NCBI GenBank assembly: GCA_965261005.1
Contig: OZ253375.1
Location: 384,001 to 448,000, forward strand
From: Deinococcus sp.
Lineage (GTDB): Bacteria; Deinococcota; Deinococci; Deinococcales; Deinococcaceae
Reading direction: 5' to 3'
DNA length: 64,000 bases
The notes below the pieces were generated by a model. It was not told the DNA's origin. It worked only from the letters and a program-made list of their open reading frames with translations, and did not search any database. Positions 15,374 to 24,910 of the stretch are shown here, one piece after another. The stretch's first letter is position 1, and each line of letters opens with the position of its first letter. The translations under genes and the position numbers were made by a program.

Positions 15374-15919
15374 ATGACTCGATTATTCTTGGGATTAATG
15401 ATTTACGCTGCGATTTCATCTAGCGCTAAACAAGGAGAGGGATTTGTATGGCTCCCAACTTTCGAAAAAAACTCCCTGTGTAAGACTTACGTCTGTAAAC
15501 TGAAAAAAACTTTCAGATTTTCTTCTAATCATATTGAGTATACTTATAAAGTTTATGGATATAGAAATAGGGTAGACAGTTTGTTTATTGAGAATGTCAA
15601 TGGCAGTATTACTCATGCACATATATATTTGGGGCAGGGAAGTTTAGAGAAGGGTCCATACGTTGATTTTGATGTAATCAAAAAATTTTTTATATCTTTA
15701 GTAGGAAAGGTAAATGAAAATAAATTAATAACAGATATTCAGAATTGCGCGGGGAGTGTAGATGATAAGTCTGCTGATTATTTTGAAATGGATAAATTGA
15801 CAGTTAATGGCATTAAAGTATCGCTTTACTGTCACAGCAACCCGGACGCCTCGCTCGACCCGAAGAAGGGCGAGTTGGCTTATGGTGTCATCCTCAGCTC
15901 GGAGTTTCCGCCTCGGTAG
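15374..15919 (+). CDS. putative exported immunity protein
   Basis: Starts 1 nt after the toxin stop; AT-rich; signal-peptide-like N-terminus. Confidence 0.55.
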   Translation: MTRLFLGLMIYAAISSSAKQGEGFVWLPTFEKNSLCKTYVCKLKKTFRFSSNHIEYTYKVYGYRNRVDSLFIENVNGSITHAHIYLGQGSLEKGPYVDFDVIKKFFISLVGKVNENKLITDIQNCAGSVDDKSADYFEMDKLTVNGIKVSLYCHSNPDASLDPKKGELAYGVILSSEFPPR

Positions 15920-16052
15920 CGTTCCCGCAATCTGGCTATCCCTTGAGAAGCGCGCAGCATCCCGCGCGGTGGAGGGACGAAGTGAGGATGACGTGCCCTC
16001 CCAAGTCACCCCCATTCCCTTCGCCTCTCCCTCTTCATGCTAGCTTCACCGC

Positions 16053-16538
16053 ATGGTGCTTCTCGAAGAAACCCAACTGCCCGGCGTGGGCGTGCGGCAC
16101 GACTTTCAGACCAGATATGGCAAGCGCGTGGGCGTGGTCACGCACCGCGACGGGCGCCGCGAGATCTACTCCGCCCGCGCCGACGACCCCGACGCCTGCG
16201 CCCTCAGCCTTACCCTGACCGAGGAGGAGGCCGAGGCGGTCGCGGACCTGCTGGGCGGCAGCACCATCACCCGGCGCCTGGAGCGTTTGCCGCAGGAGGT
16301 GGAGGGTCTGGCGATGGACTGGCTGCCCATTCCGCCGGGTTCGCCCGCCGCAGGTCACGCGTTGGGCGACACCCAACTGCGCCACCGCACCGGCGCCTCC
16401 ATCGTCGCCGTGATGCGCGGCGGGCGGGCTTTTCCGGCGCCCGACCCGCAGTTCGGCCTTGAGGCGGGCGACCTGGCCGTGGTGGTCGGCACCCCGGACG
16501 GCGTGCTGGCCGCCTCGCGTTTGCTGAGCGGCGCTTAA
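16053..16538 (+). CDS. KhtT-like cation:proton antiporter regulatory subunit (TrkA-C/RCK_C)
   Basis: ETQLPGVGVRHDF and LRHRTGASIVAV motifs. Confidence 0.85.
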   Translation: MVLLEETQLPGVGVRHDFQTRYGKRVGVVTHRDGRREIYSARADDPDACALSLTLTEEEAEAVADLLGGSTITRRLERLPQEVEGLAMDWLPIPPGSPAAGHALGDTQLRHRTGASIVAVMRGGRAFPAPDPQFGLEAGDLAVVVGTPDGVLAASRLLSGA

Positions 16539-16541
16539 GCC

Positions 16542-17738
16542 TTGGACCTCGGGCGCATCTTCTTGGAGCTGGGCGCGGTGATTCTCGCGCTCGCTGTTGT
16601 CGGCCGCGCCGCCGGCCGCATCGGCGTCACGCCGATTCCCCTTTACCTGATCGCGGGCGTCTCCTTTGGGGCGCTGTTTCACCTGGGGGGCGGCGCCGAG
16701 GACTTCGTCCACGTCGGCGCCGAGATCGGCGCGGTGCTGCTCTTGTTCGTGCTGGGCCTGGAGTACACCTCCGAGGAGCTGCGCGGCAATTTGCGGGCCA
16801 ATGCCCGGGTTGGGTTGCTCGATCTGGCGCTCAACTTCACCCCGGGTCTACTCGCCGGTCTGCTGCTGGGCTTCACGCCGCTGGGCGCGGTCTTGCTCGG
16901 TGGCGTGACCTACCTGACCTCCTCGGGCATCGCGTCCAAGGTGCTCTCGGACCTCGGTCGGCTGGGCAACCGCGAGACGCCCATCGTGCTGGCGGTCTGC
17001 GTGCTGGAGGACATGGCGATGGCCATCTACCTGCCGGTGGTCGCCTCGCTGCTGGTGGGCGGCGGGCTGATCGCGACCGGCGTGAACGTCGGCGTGGCGC
17101 TGCTGGCCTTTGCCGCCGCCTTCGCGTCGGCCATGCGCTTCGGGCCGGCCCTCAGCCGCCTGATCAACGTGCGCTCCAACGAGGCGCTGCTGCTGAGCGT
17201 GTTTGGCTTGGTGCTGCTGGTGGCGGGCGCCGCCGATCTCTTGCGGGTGTCGGCGGCCATCGGAGCCTTTTTGGTGGGCATCGCCTTGTCGGGCGAGGTG
17301 GCCGAGCGCGCCCGGAACCTGATCGAGCCGCTGCGCGATTTGTTCGCCGCGATCTTCTTCGTCTTTTTCGGCCTTCAGCTCGACCTCGGCGCGGTGCCGG
17401 GGGTGCTGCTGCCGGCCGCGCTGCTGGCTTTTCTCACCACCCTGACCAAGCTGCTGACCGGCTGGATCGGGGCGGGCCGCCTCGGCGCGCGGGCGCGCGG
17501 GCGCTTCCGCGCCGGGGCCACGCTGGTTGCTCGCGGTGAGTTCAGCGTCCTGATCGCGGGCCTGGCCGTCACGGCCGGCCTCGCGCCGGGCCTCGGGCCG
17601 CTGGCGGCGGTCTACGTGTTGCTCACCGCCGTCGCCGGGCCGCTGCTCGCGCGGCTGGACGGCGCGCTCGCCCCGCTGCTGTCCCGGCTGGACCGCCCGG
17701 TCGCGACCCCCGAACCCAGCCTCACCCGTGGTCGATGA
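16542..17738 (+). CDS. CPA2 K+/H+ antiporter (KhtU-like)
   Basis: Multiple TM segments; LLFVLGLE, LGNRET, VLED, ARGEFS. Confidence 0.88.
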   Translation: MDLGRIFLELGAVILALAVVGRAAGRIGVTPIPLYLIAGVSFGALFHLGGGAEDFVHVGAEIGAVLLLFVLGLEYTSEELRGNLRANARVGLLDLALNFTPGLLAGLLLGFTPLGAVLLGGVTYLTSSGIASKVLSDLGRLGNRETPIVLAVCVLEDMAMAIYLPVVASLLVGGGLIATGVNVGVALLAFAAAFASAMRFGPALSRLINVRSNEALLLSVFGLVLLVAGAADLLRVSAAIGAFLVGIALSGEVAERARNLIEPLRDLFAAIFFVFFGLQLDLGAVPGVLLPAALLAFLTTLTKLLTGWIGAGRLGARARGRFRAGATLVARGEFSVLIAGLAVTAGLAPGLGPLAAVYVLLTAVAGPLLARLDGALAPLLSRLDRPVATPEPSLTRGR

Positions 17739-18126
17739 CCTTGTGCTGTTTCTCGAAACGCACCATCAGGACGCCCGCGCGCAGTTGGGCGTCGCCGCCC
17801 GGCGCCACCTCGCCGGGCAAACGCAGGGTGCGCTGAAAGTGTCCCTGTGGACGTTCGGCCGACAAGACGCTGCCGCCCAACTCCAGCGGCGCGCGGACCC
17901 CCCGGACCGTCAGCGATCCCTCGCCCCACGCCAGCTCCAGATGGTCGCGGTCCACGCCGGGCAAATCCATCACCAGCAGCAGCTCGCCGTCGGTTTCCAA
18001 CCAGTCGGCGCACGGCACCCACGCGGGGGCGCCGGCCAAGGACTCGACCTCTTGGCGGAGTTGCATCAGCGTGTTGAGCCGGTCGCGCAGCGCTTCCGAG
18101 GTCTGGGGGTGCGAGGTCTGGCTCAT
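17722..18126 (-). CDS. small heat-shock protein (Hsp20)
   Basis: DLPGV, LTVRGVR, ER..G.FQRTL and GVL motifs. Confidence 0.85.
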   Translation of the reverse strand: MSQTSHPQTSEALRDRLNTLMQLRQEVESLAGAPAWVPCADWLETDGELLLVMDLPGVDRDHLELAWGEGSLTVRGVRAPLELGGSVLSAERPQGHFQRTLRLPGEVAPGGDAQLRAGVLMVRFEKQHKVIDHG

Positions 18127-18188
18127 GCAAAACGCTCGGCGGTCTGGGCGAGAAACGGGGTCATGTCCCCACGTTACCGCGCCCACGG

Positions 18189-19121
18189 GTGGCCCCGCCT
18201 GTGAGCCAATTCGCAAAGGGGGCCGTTCCCGTGCTCAGCGCGCCCACGGCCTCGGGAAAAACCGCGCTGGCCCTTCAGTTGGGCGCGCGCTTTCCCTTGG
18301 AGGTGGTGTCCGCCGACGCCTTTTTGGTGTACCGCCACCTCGACGTCGGCACCGCCAAGCCCACCCCGGAGGAGCGCGCCAAGGTCGCGCACCACGTCGT
18401 GGACGTGCGCGAGCCGTGGGAAAGCTACGACGTGGCCCAGTACGTGCGCGACGCCGAGGCGGCCATTCTCGACATTCTGGCGCGCGGCCGGCTGCCGCTG
18501 GTGGTGGGCGGCAGCGGCTTTTACCTGTCCGCCCTGATGGGGGGCCTGCCCACCACCCCGCGCGCCGATCCGCACACCCAGCGCGAAATCGAGGCCGAGT
18601 TGGCGGAGCGCGGCCTGGACGCCCTGCTCGCGCAGATCGCCGCCGTCCGCCCCGAGGAGGTTTCCCGGCTTCAGCGCAACCCGCGCCGGGTGGTGCGCGC
18701 CCTCGAAATCTATCGCCGCACCGGGCGTTTTCCCTCACAATTCCCGCGCACGCCGCCGCGCTTTCAGTACGCCCTCACCGCCTACGCCCCGCCGCCGGAG
18801 GTGCTGGAGGCCCGCATCGCCGCGCGGGTGGACGCCATGTTCGCGGCCGGCCTAGCAGAGGAGGTGCGCGGGGTGCTGGCCTGGCTGGCCGGGCGGAACG
18901 GCCCCGCCCTCCAAGCCATCGGCTACAAGCAGGTGGTGGCCCACCTGGCCGGCGAGCTGAGCTTGCAGCAGGCGAGGCAGGACGTCGTGCGCGCCACGGG
19001 GGCTTACGCCAAGCGCCAGCTGACCTGGCTGAGAACCCAGCTGCGCGCCGACCTGTTGCTAGGGGAGATGGGGGCGGAGCGCGCGCTCCACGCGGCTTTG
19101 CAATCGGCCTTACGGCCCTGA
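18189..19121 (+). CDS. miaA: tRNA dimethylallyltransferase (start uncertain)
   Basis: PTASGKT, DVGTAKP, VGGSGFY, QAIGYK, YAKRQLTW. Confidence 0.93.
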   Translation: MAPPVSQFAKGAVPVLSAPTASGKTALALQLGARFPLEVVSADAFLVYRHLDVGTAKPTPEERAKVAHHVVDVREPWESYDVAQYVRDAEAAILDILARGRLPLVVGGSGFYLSALMGGLPTTPRADPHTQREIEAELAERGLDALLAQIAAVRPEEVSRLQRNPRRVVRALEIYRRTGRFPSQFPRTPPRFQYALTAYAPPPEVLEARIAARVDAMFAAGLAEEVRGVLAWLAGRNGPALQAIGYKQVVAHLAGELSLQQARQDVVRATGAYAKRQLTWLRTQLRADLLLGEMGAERALHAALQSALRP

Positions 19122-19619
19122 GACGACGGCCAAGCTCACCGGCGCCACGCCCGCGCTCAGCATGCCCAGCGCCCGCGCGGCCGGCAGCGACAGGTCGATC
19201 ACCCGCTCCGGCCGCCCGAAGGGTCCCCGGTCGTTGATCTTGACCAGCACGCTGGGACCGCCCAGCCGGGTCACGCGTACCCAGCTGCCCAGCTTGAGCG
19301 TCAGGTGCGCCGCCGTCATGGCGGTCTCGGGGTCCGGCCGGCCGGCGTAATACACGGCCATCCCGCTTTGAACGGCGCCCGGGGTGGCGCCCGCCCCCAC
19401 CTCCCCGAAGACCAGCACTTGCCCAATGCTGAGCTGATCGCTCGGCAGGCGGTTGAGTTGCCGCAACTGCGCCACGCTCAGCCCGTGCCGCTTCGCGAGG
19501 GACCAGGCCGTGTCGCCGCCCCGCACCACGTAGCCCGCCGCGCTCGCGCCGCCGCTCAGCAGGGCGGCCAGCCACAGCGCCACCGAACACAGCGCCTTGA
19601 CCAGCGCCCTCACCTTCAC
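19110..19619 (-). CDS. LysM plus RlpA-like lytic transglycosylase
   Basis: Signal peptide, YVVRGGDT LysM, TAAH..L, INDRGPF, IDLS. Confidence 0.85.
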   Translation of the reverse strand: MKVRALVKALCSVALWLAALLSGGASAAGYVVRGGDTAWSLAKRHGLSVAQLRQLNRLPSDQLSIGQVLVFGEVGAGATPGAVQSGMAVYYAGRPDPETAMTAAHLTLKLGSWVRVTRLGGPSVLVKINDRGPFGRPERVIDLSLPAARALGMLSAGVAPVSLAVVSGP

Positions 19620-20674
19620 AGCCGCGCTTTCGGCGAGCGCGACAACACCTCGTGCCCGTCCCCCGTCACCAGCACCAGATCCTCGACGCGCACGCCGCCG
19701 ACGCCCGGCAGGTACACGCCCGGCTCGACCGTCACGACCATGCCGCTTGCCAGCACCGCCGCGCTGCTGGCGCCGAGTCCCGGCCCCTCGTGGACCGCCA
19801 GGCCGACGCCGTGTCCGAGGGAGTGAGAGAAGTACTGGGCCAAGTCGTGGCGCGCCAAGATGTCGCGGGCCAGGGCGTCGAGGTCGGCCGCCCGCACGCC
19901 CGGTCCAACCGCCGCGACGGCCGCCTCCTCGGCCTCCAGCACCGCCCGGTACAGCCGCCGCAGTTCCCCCGGCACCTCGCCCACCGCCAGCGTGCGGGTC
20001 ATGTCGCTGTGGTAGCCGCGAAAGCGCGCCCCCATGTCCACCGTCACCAACTCACCGTCCCCGATGGTCTTGTCCGAGGCGACGCCGTGCGGCATGGCCC
20101 CGCGCTTTCCCGAGGCCACAATGGTCGCGAAGGCGACGTCCTCGGCGCCGCGCCGCCGCATCGCGACCTCCAAATCGAGGGCCACGTCGCGCTCGCGCCG
20201 GCCGGTCACAATGGTCGGCAGCACCTCGGCGTAGGCCTCGTCGGCGATTCGCTGGGCCTCACGAATGGCCCCGATCTCCTCGGCGTTTTTGACGGTGCGC
20301 GCCCCGTCGAGCAGGCCGCTGGTCGCCCCCAGCTCACCCTCCACGGCCCCGCGCAGCTGATCCAGGGCCGCCACCGTCAAGTGGTCCGCCTCGAAGCCGA
20401 GCCGCCCGCCGCCGACTTGCCGCGCCACATCGGCGTACATCTCGCGCTCGGCTTGGTCGCGCGGCGGCTGGCCGATCACCACGGCGATCCTCGCCTCCTC
20501 GCGGGCCTGCACGCTGTAGCGCGCGTCGGTGTACAGGGTCGCGCCCTCCTCGGTCAGCAGCACCCGCCCGTCCTCGGGACTCGAAAAGCCGCTCAGGTAA
20601 CGCACATTCTCGGGCCGCGTGACCCACAGGGCGTCCAGGCCCGCCTCCGCCAACAGCCGCTCTGCACTCCACAT
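19616..20674 (-). CDS. Xaa-Pro aminopeptidase (M24)
   Basis: [34 protein letters not shown]. Confidence 0.9.
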   Translation of the reverse strand: MWSAERLLAEAGLDALWVTRPENVRYLSGFSSPEDGRVLLTEEGATLYTDARYSVQAREEARIAVVIGQPPRDQAEREMYADVARQVGGGRLGFEADHLTVAALDQLRGAVEGELGATSGLLDGARTVKNAEEIGAIREAQRIADEAYAEVLPTIVTGRRERDVALDLEVAMRRRGAEDVAFATIVASGKRGAMPHGVASDKTIGDGELVTVDMGARFRGYHSDMTRTLAVGEVPGELRRLYRAVLEAEEAAVAAVGPGVRAADLDALARDILARHDLAQYFSHSLGHGVGLAVHEGPGLGASSAAVLASGMVVTVEPGVYLPGVGGVRVEDLVLVTGDGHEVLSRSPKARL

Positions 20675-20830
20675 GCGGCCGAGCATAACATGAGAAGCGG
20701 ACGCTGGGCGGCGAGATTTGCCAAACCACCGTTTTCACCAAACCCCGCGCCCCGCATAGAATATATATAAAGGGATTCTGCCCTGCTTTCAGGACGCCCC
20801 GCTTCCCCTTCGGGCCTTTGCGGTTACACC

Positions 20831-23467
20831 CTACCCGAAGTGCCGCTCCATCTCGGTCTGCGGCCGGGTTTGCGGTCGCCAATCGGCCGCCGGGCGCCCG
20901 AACAGGTAGCCTTGCAAGGTGCCCACGCCGAGGGCGCGCAGGGCGGCGTATTGCTCGGCGGTCTCGACGCCCTCGGCCACGACGTCGAGACCCAGTTCGC
21001 GGCTGAGGTGAACGATGGCGCGGATAATGGCCCCGCCCCGTTGTGGGCCGTCCATGCGGGTCACGAAGCTGCGGTCGATCTTGACCCCGGACAGCGGAAA
21101 GCGCTCCAGGTAGCTGAGGCTGGAGTAGCCGGTACCAAAGTCGTCCACCATCACCCGCACGCCGAGGTCGCGCAGATCGTGCAGGGTGCGCGCGGCGCGC
21201 TCGGGAAAGTGCATCATCAGGCTCTCGGTGATTTCGAGTTCCAGCAGCTCGGGAGCGAGGCCGCTGCGCGTGAGGGCGCGCTCGACCATCACGATCAGGC
21301 CCTCCTGCGAAAACTGGCGCGCGCTCAGGTTCACGGCGACCCGCACGCCGTTCCAAGCTGTGGCGGCCCGGCAAGCCTCCTCCATCACCCAGGCCCCCAC
21401 CGCGCCGATCATGCCGCTGCGCTCCAGAATCGGAATGAAGTCCCCCGGTAATTGCCGCCCGAGGGCCGGGCTGTCCCAGCGCAACAGCGCCTCGCCCGCC
21501 ACCGGCACCCCGCTGTGGGCGTCCACCAGCGGCTGGTAGTGCAGCGCGAACTCGCGCTTGTCGAGGGCCTTGTAGAGGGCGCTTTCGCGCGCCAACACGT
21601 TTTGCCGGTCGCCCGCGCCGCCGTTGTAGGCCTCGACGCCGCTGCCGAACATCTTGGCGTCCGCCAAGGCGACGCCGGCCGCCCGCCGCAGATCGTCGGC
21701 CGTCATGCCGTGCTCGGGAAAGCAGGCCAAGCCCACGCTGCCGGTCAGGACCACGTCCTGTGCCCGAATCACGAAGCTGCTCTCCAGCGCCCGCAACATG
21801 CGCCGGGCCACGCTTTCCAGCGCCGCGCCGTCCAGCACCAGCAACAAAAACTGGTCGCCATCGGCGCGCGCGAGGGTGTCCCCCTCGCGCAGCTCGGCCG
21901 CCAGGCGCGTTCCCACCTCGCGCAGCAACCGGTCGCCGGTCGCGTGCCCAAAGGCGTCGTTGACCTGCTTGAAGCGGTCGAGGTCGATCACGCCCAGCCC
22001 CACCGGCCGCCCCTCACGCCGGGCGGCGTCGAGGGCTTGGCGCAAACGGTCCTCGAACAGCACGCGGTTGGGCAAGCCGGTCAGGTCGTCGTAGAGGGCG
22101 CGGCGCTCCAACTCCATCACGTAGGCCTGGTTCTGCTCGGCCACCTCGCGCCGGGCGCGCTCGGTCGCCTCGCTGAGTTCGCGGAAGTGTTCGGCGTCGC
22201 GCCGGGCGCTGGTCATCTCAATGCGCGCCATCAGCTGGCGGCTTTGGCGCTCACCCTCCTCGCTTCGTAAGCTGTTTTCCAACGTGCGGGCGGCGCGCAA
22301 ATGACGCACGGTCAAACGCGGCGAGGAGCGCTCCACTATGTCGGCAATCAGCAGGTGCGCCGTGAGGGCGAACTTCTTGCGGCCGTGGCCTTCGGTGAGC
22401 TTGAGGGCCTGATTCAGCACATCCAACGCCGACTTTTCGTCGCGCATGCCTCGCAGGTTCTCCGCCAAGCCCAGCAGCGCCTCAATGTGCCCGTCAACAT
22501 CTCCGCTCTCTTCTGCCAGCTTTGCGGAGGCGCGCAGGTAGCGCTCGGCGCCTACATGGTCTTGGCGAGCGAGTTGGGTCAGGCCAAGGGAGTGGAGGGC
22601 GCCCTGTTCGACCTGAAGGGATTTGGTTTGTTGACCTAGCTGGAGAGCCTGCTGTAACAGCGGCAATGCCTCTTTGAACTGACCGAGCAGTCGGTAAGCT
22701 TCGCCAATGTTCAGCGTGGCGATGGCGACGAACTGTTGATCTTCCTGTGCCTGAGCGAGTTCTAAGGCGCGTTGATAGTGTGGTAAAGCAGTTTCGGGCT
22801 GGTTCATTCTCTCCAAAACCATGCCGATATTGCTCCGTATGCGTAGTTCTGCGCTGGCTGGTGCATTAACCGCTTCTAAAATTGCCAATGCATCATTTAA
22901 TGATGCAAGAGCGTTCGAGTAATCACCGAGTTCCGTGAGCACTAACGCTGTATGGCTTAGAGCATTGGCTTCATCAAAAAAGTTATTTTCCCCTTTTTTA
23001 ATTTTGCGTACTTTAGCAAAGCTTTCCAGGGCGGCGTGGCTATCGCCGCCTTGATGTTGTACCCTGCCTAAGTAGCTGAGTGCCTCGGCCAGCAAAACAA
23101 CCTGATTCTTTCCGTCACACTGGATCACGGCATCCTCTAAGGACAGGCGCGCCTTTCCAAAGTTCCCACTTGTCATATCTTCCAAACCTGCCAAGAATTG
23201 CAGTGCGATGTGTAACCGAACGGCGTAGGCTCCACCACGCTCTTTCAATGCTTCTCTCGCAGTCTCTAAATAGGGCCGTGCCTCTTCCGAACGCTGTAAC
23301 TTGATCAACGCTTCACCGGCGATCAGGTGCGCCCGCGCGCTGTCCAAGCCGTCCGGCGATTTCAAGTTCTCCAAAACAAAGGTGAGAGCGGCGCTGGCGT
23401 CGCTGGCGAGAGTCTTCTCAGCTTGATTTAGCGTGGTAGTCAACCTGTCCCCTTGGGTACGCTTCAT
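20831..23467 (-). CDS. TPR-repeat + degenerate GGDEF + EAL protein, probable c-di-GMP phosphodiesterase
   Basis: Tandem TPR-like helices in the N-terminal ~400 aa; DDLTGLPNR, with DGDQF in place of GGDEF; EALLRW, ELEITES, DDFGTGYSSLSYL. Confidence 0.88.
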   Translation of the reverse strand: MKRTQGDRLTTTLNQAEKTLASDASAALTFVLENLKSPDGLDSARAHLIAGEALIKLQRSEEARPYLETAREALKERGGAYAVRLHIALQFLAGLEDMTSGNFGKARLSLEDAVIQCDGKNQVVLLAEALSYLGRVQHQGGDSHAALESFAKVRKIKKGENNFFDEANALSHTALVLTELGDYSNALASLNDALAILEAVNAPASAELRIRSNIGMVLERMNQPETALPHYQRALELAQAQEDQQFVAIATLNIGEAYRLLGQFKEALPLLQQALQLGQQTKSLQVEQGALHSLGLTQLARQDHVGAERYLRASAKLAEESGDVDGHIEALLGLAENLRGMRDEKSALDVLNQALKLTEGHGRKKFALTAHLLIADIVERSSPRLTVRHLRAARTLENSLRSEEGERQSRQLMARIEMTSARRDAEHFRELSEATERARREVAEQNQAYVMELERRALYDDLTGLPNRVLFEDRLRQALDAARREGRPVGLGVIDLDRFKQVNDAFGHATGDRLLREVGTRLAAELREGDTLARADGDQFLLLVLDGAALESVARRMLRALESSFVIRAQDVVLTGSVGLACFPEHGMTADDLRRAAGVALADAKMFGSGVEAYNGGAGDRQNVLARESALYKALDKREFALHYQPLVDAHSGVPVAGEALLRWDSPALGRQLPGDFIPILERSGMIGAVGAWVMEEACRAATAWNGVRVAVNLSARQFSQEGLIVMVERALTRSGLAPELLELEITESLMMHFPERAARTLHDLRDLGVRVMVDDFGTGYSSLSYLERFPLSGVKIDRSFVTRMDGPQRGGAIIRAIVHLSRELGLDVVAEGVETAEQYAALRALGVGTLQGYLFGRPAADWRPQTRPQTEMERHFG

Positions 23468-23583
23468 AAGAATCCTGTGTTCAGGTTAAGAAGAGGATCG
23501 TCACAGAAGTCTGACAGCCGGTCAAAGGGGTATCGGGCGATCTCAAGGATATGTACGCGGGAAACTGGATTTTGGATTTGATG

Positions 23584-23619
23584 AAAAAAGTGAGCGGGAA
23601 GCAATTGCCTCCCGCTCAC
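23584..23619 (-). terminator. intrinsic terminator after the small peptide gene
   Basis: GTGAGCGGGA-loop-TCCCGCTCAC followed by T6 on the minus strand. Confidence 0.8.
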
Positions 23620-23645
23620 CAAAGTTTGGTCTCAAAGTTTTATTA

Positions 23646-23768
23646 CTACCACATTCCCTTGCTTCCCTGCGTCGTGGGCTGACCGCTATCAGAAACTGAG
23701 GCCGCTTGGGCGGCGAAACCAGTCAATACCAAAGCCGCAACCGCACCAAGAAAAAAACGCTTCATCAT
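23646..23768 (-). CDS. 40-aa secreted peptide precursor MMKRFFLGAVAALVLTGFAAQAASVSDSGQPTTQGSKGMW
   Basis: AGGAG RBS 7 nt before the ATG; signal peptide with AQA cleavage motif; stacked stop codons; own terminator. Confidence 0.75.
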   Translation of the reverse strand: MMKRFFLGAVAALVLTGFAAQAASVSDSGQPTTQGSKGMW

Positions 23769-24051
23769 GAGGGTTCTCCTAAGGGGTGGGAGGCACAGCT
23801 CCCCGGAATCGCGGGCGGATGGACGCGGGCTGCGCATGAGACCCTCATGCCTTGCTTAATTTACTAAGAAATTTTGACCGATGTGGCGAATTTCTTAAAA
23901 ATTAAGATTGAGTTAAGAAACTGTCTTTACCCTTCTGAGAAGCCTGGCTCATACGAGGGGCGGTGTATACTCGGTCCAGGCTTTCTTCCCGGGAAGCCTG
24001 GACTTCTTTCGGCGGCCGGTGCGCGCGCTGGTGGACGCGGAGTGTTCAGCT

Positions 24052-24885
24052 ATGGCCACAGAAAACCCTCACGAACTCGACCGCGACACGCTGCTGTGCC
24101 TGCTCGACGCGCTACCGTTCAGCGTGGTTCTTACCGACGCCGACGAGCGCGTGCTCTACGCCAACGCGCCGTACTGCGCCGCCGTGGGCCTGCCGCTCGC
24201 GGACCTGCTCGGCCGCGTGGCGGGGGAGGTGGCCCAGCTCGGCTTGACCCCCGGCGACCGCGAGCAGTTGCGCCAAACCATGCGGCGCGGCGAGGCGTCG
24301 CGCCACCTGGTGCGCGCCCGCTTGCCGGACGGGGGCGAACGCTGGCACAGCGTGGCGATTCAGCCGCTGCCCGTGGCGGGGGAACAGCGCTTCGTGGGCA
24401 CCCTGACCAACGTGGACGCCTGGGTGCTCGACCAGCGGCGGTGGCATCAGGCCGCCCACACCGACGCGCTGACCGACGCGGGCAACCGCCGGGCCTTTGA
24501 GGCGGCGCTCGGCGCCATGAGCGGCGAGGTGACCTTGCTGGTGATTGACCTCAACGGCCTCAAGGCGCTCAATGACACGCGCGGCCATCAAGCGGGCGAC
24601 GCCTTGCTGCGGACCTTTGCGGCGGCGGCGCGCGCGGCCTGCCGCCGTCAGGACGCGGTGTTCCGCATCGGTGGGGACGAGTTCGCCCTGCTGTTCGCCG
24701 AGTACCTGCCGGGGCCGCTGCTGCGGCGGCGCTGCCAAGACATGCTCGACCACCTGATCGCGCACGGCTTTGCGGGGGCCAGCTTCGCCTACGGGGCGGC
24801 CTACGCCCCCTTGGAGGCGAGCGAGGCCGTCCACCTGCACAAGCTGGCCGACGCGCGCATGTACCTGATGAAGCGCGGCGCCTAG
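24052..24885 (+). CDS. PAS-GGDEF diguanylate cyclase
   Basis: PAS-like N-terminus; TDALT..NRR, DLNGLK..ND..GH..GD, RRQD I-site, RIGGDEF. Confidence 0.88.
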   Translation: MATENPHELDRDTLLCLLDALPFSVVLTDADERVLYANAPYCAAVGLPLADLLGRVAGEVAQLGLTPGDREQLRQTMRRGEASRHLVRARLPDGGERWHSVAIQPLPVAGEQRFVGTLTNVDAWVLDQRRWHQAAHTDALTDAGNRRAFEAALGAMSGEVTLLVIDLNGLKALNDTRGHQAGDALLRTFAAAARAACRRQDAVFRIGGDEFALLFAEYLPGPLLRRRCQDMLDHLIAHGFAGASFAYGAAYAPLEASEAVHLHKLADARMYLMKRGA

Positions 24886-24910
24886 AGCGTCCGTCAAACC
24901 AGAGCGCAGG

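Noticed and set aside
23769..23837. 63-aa version of the peptide ORF
   Set aside because: The RBS and signal peptide support the ATG at 23768.
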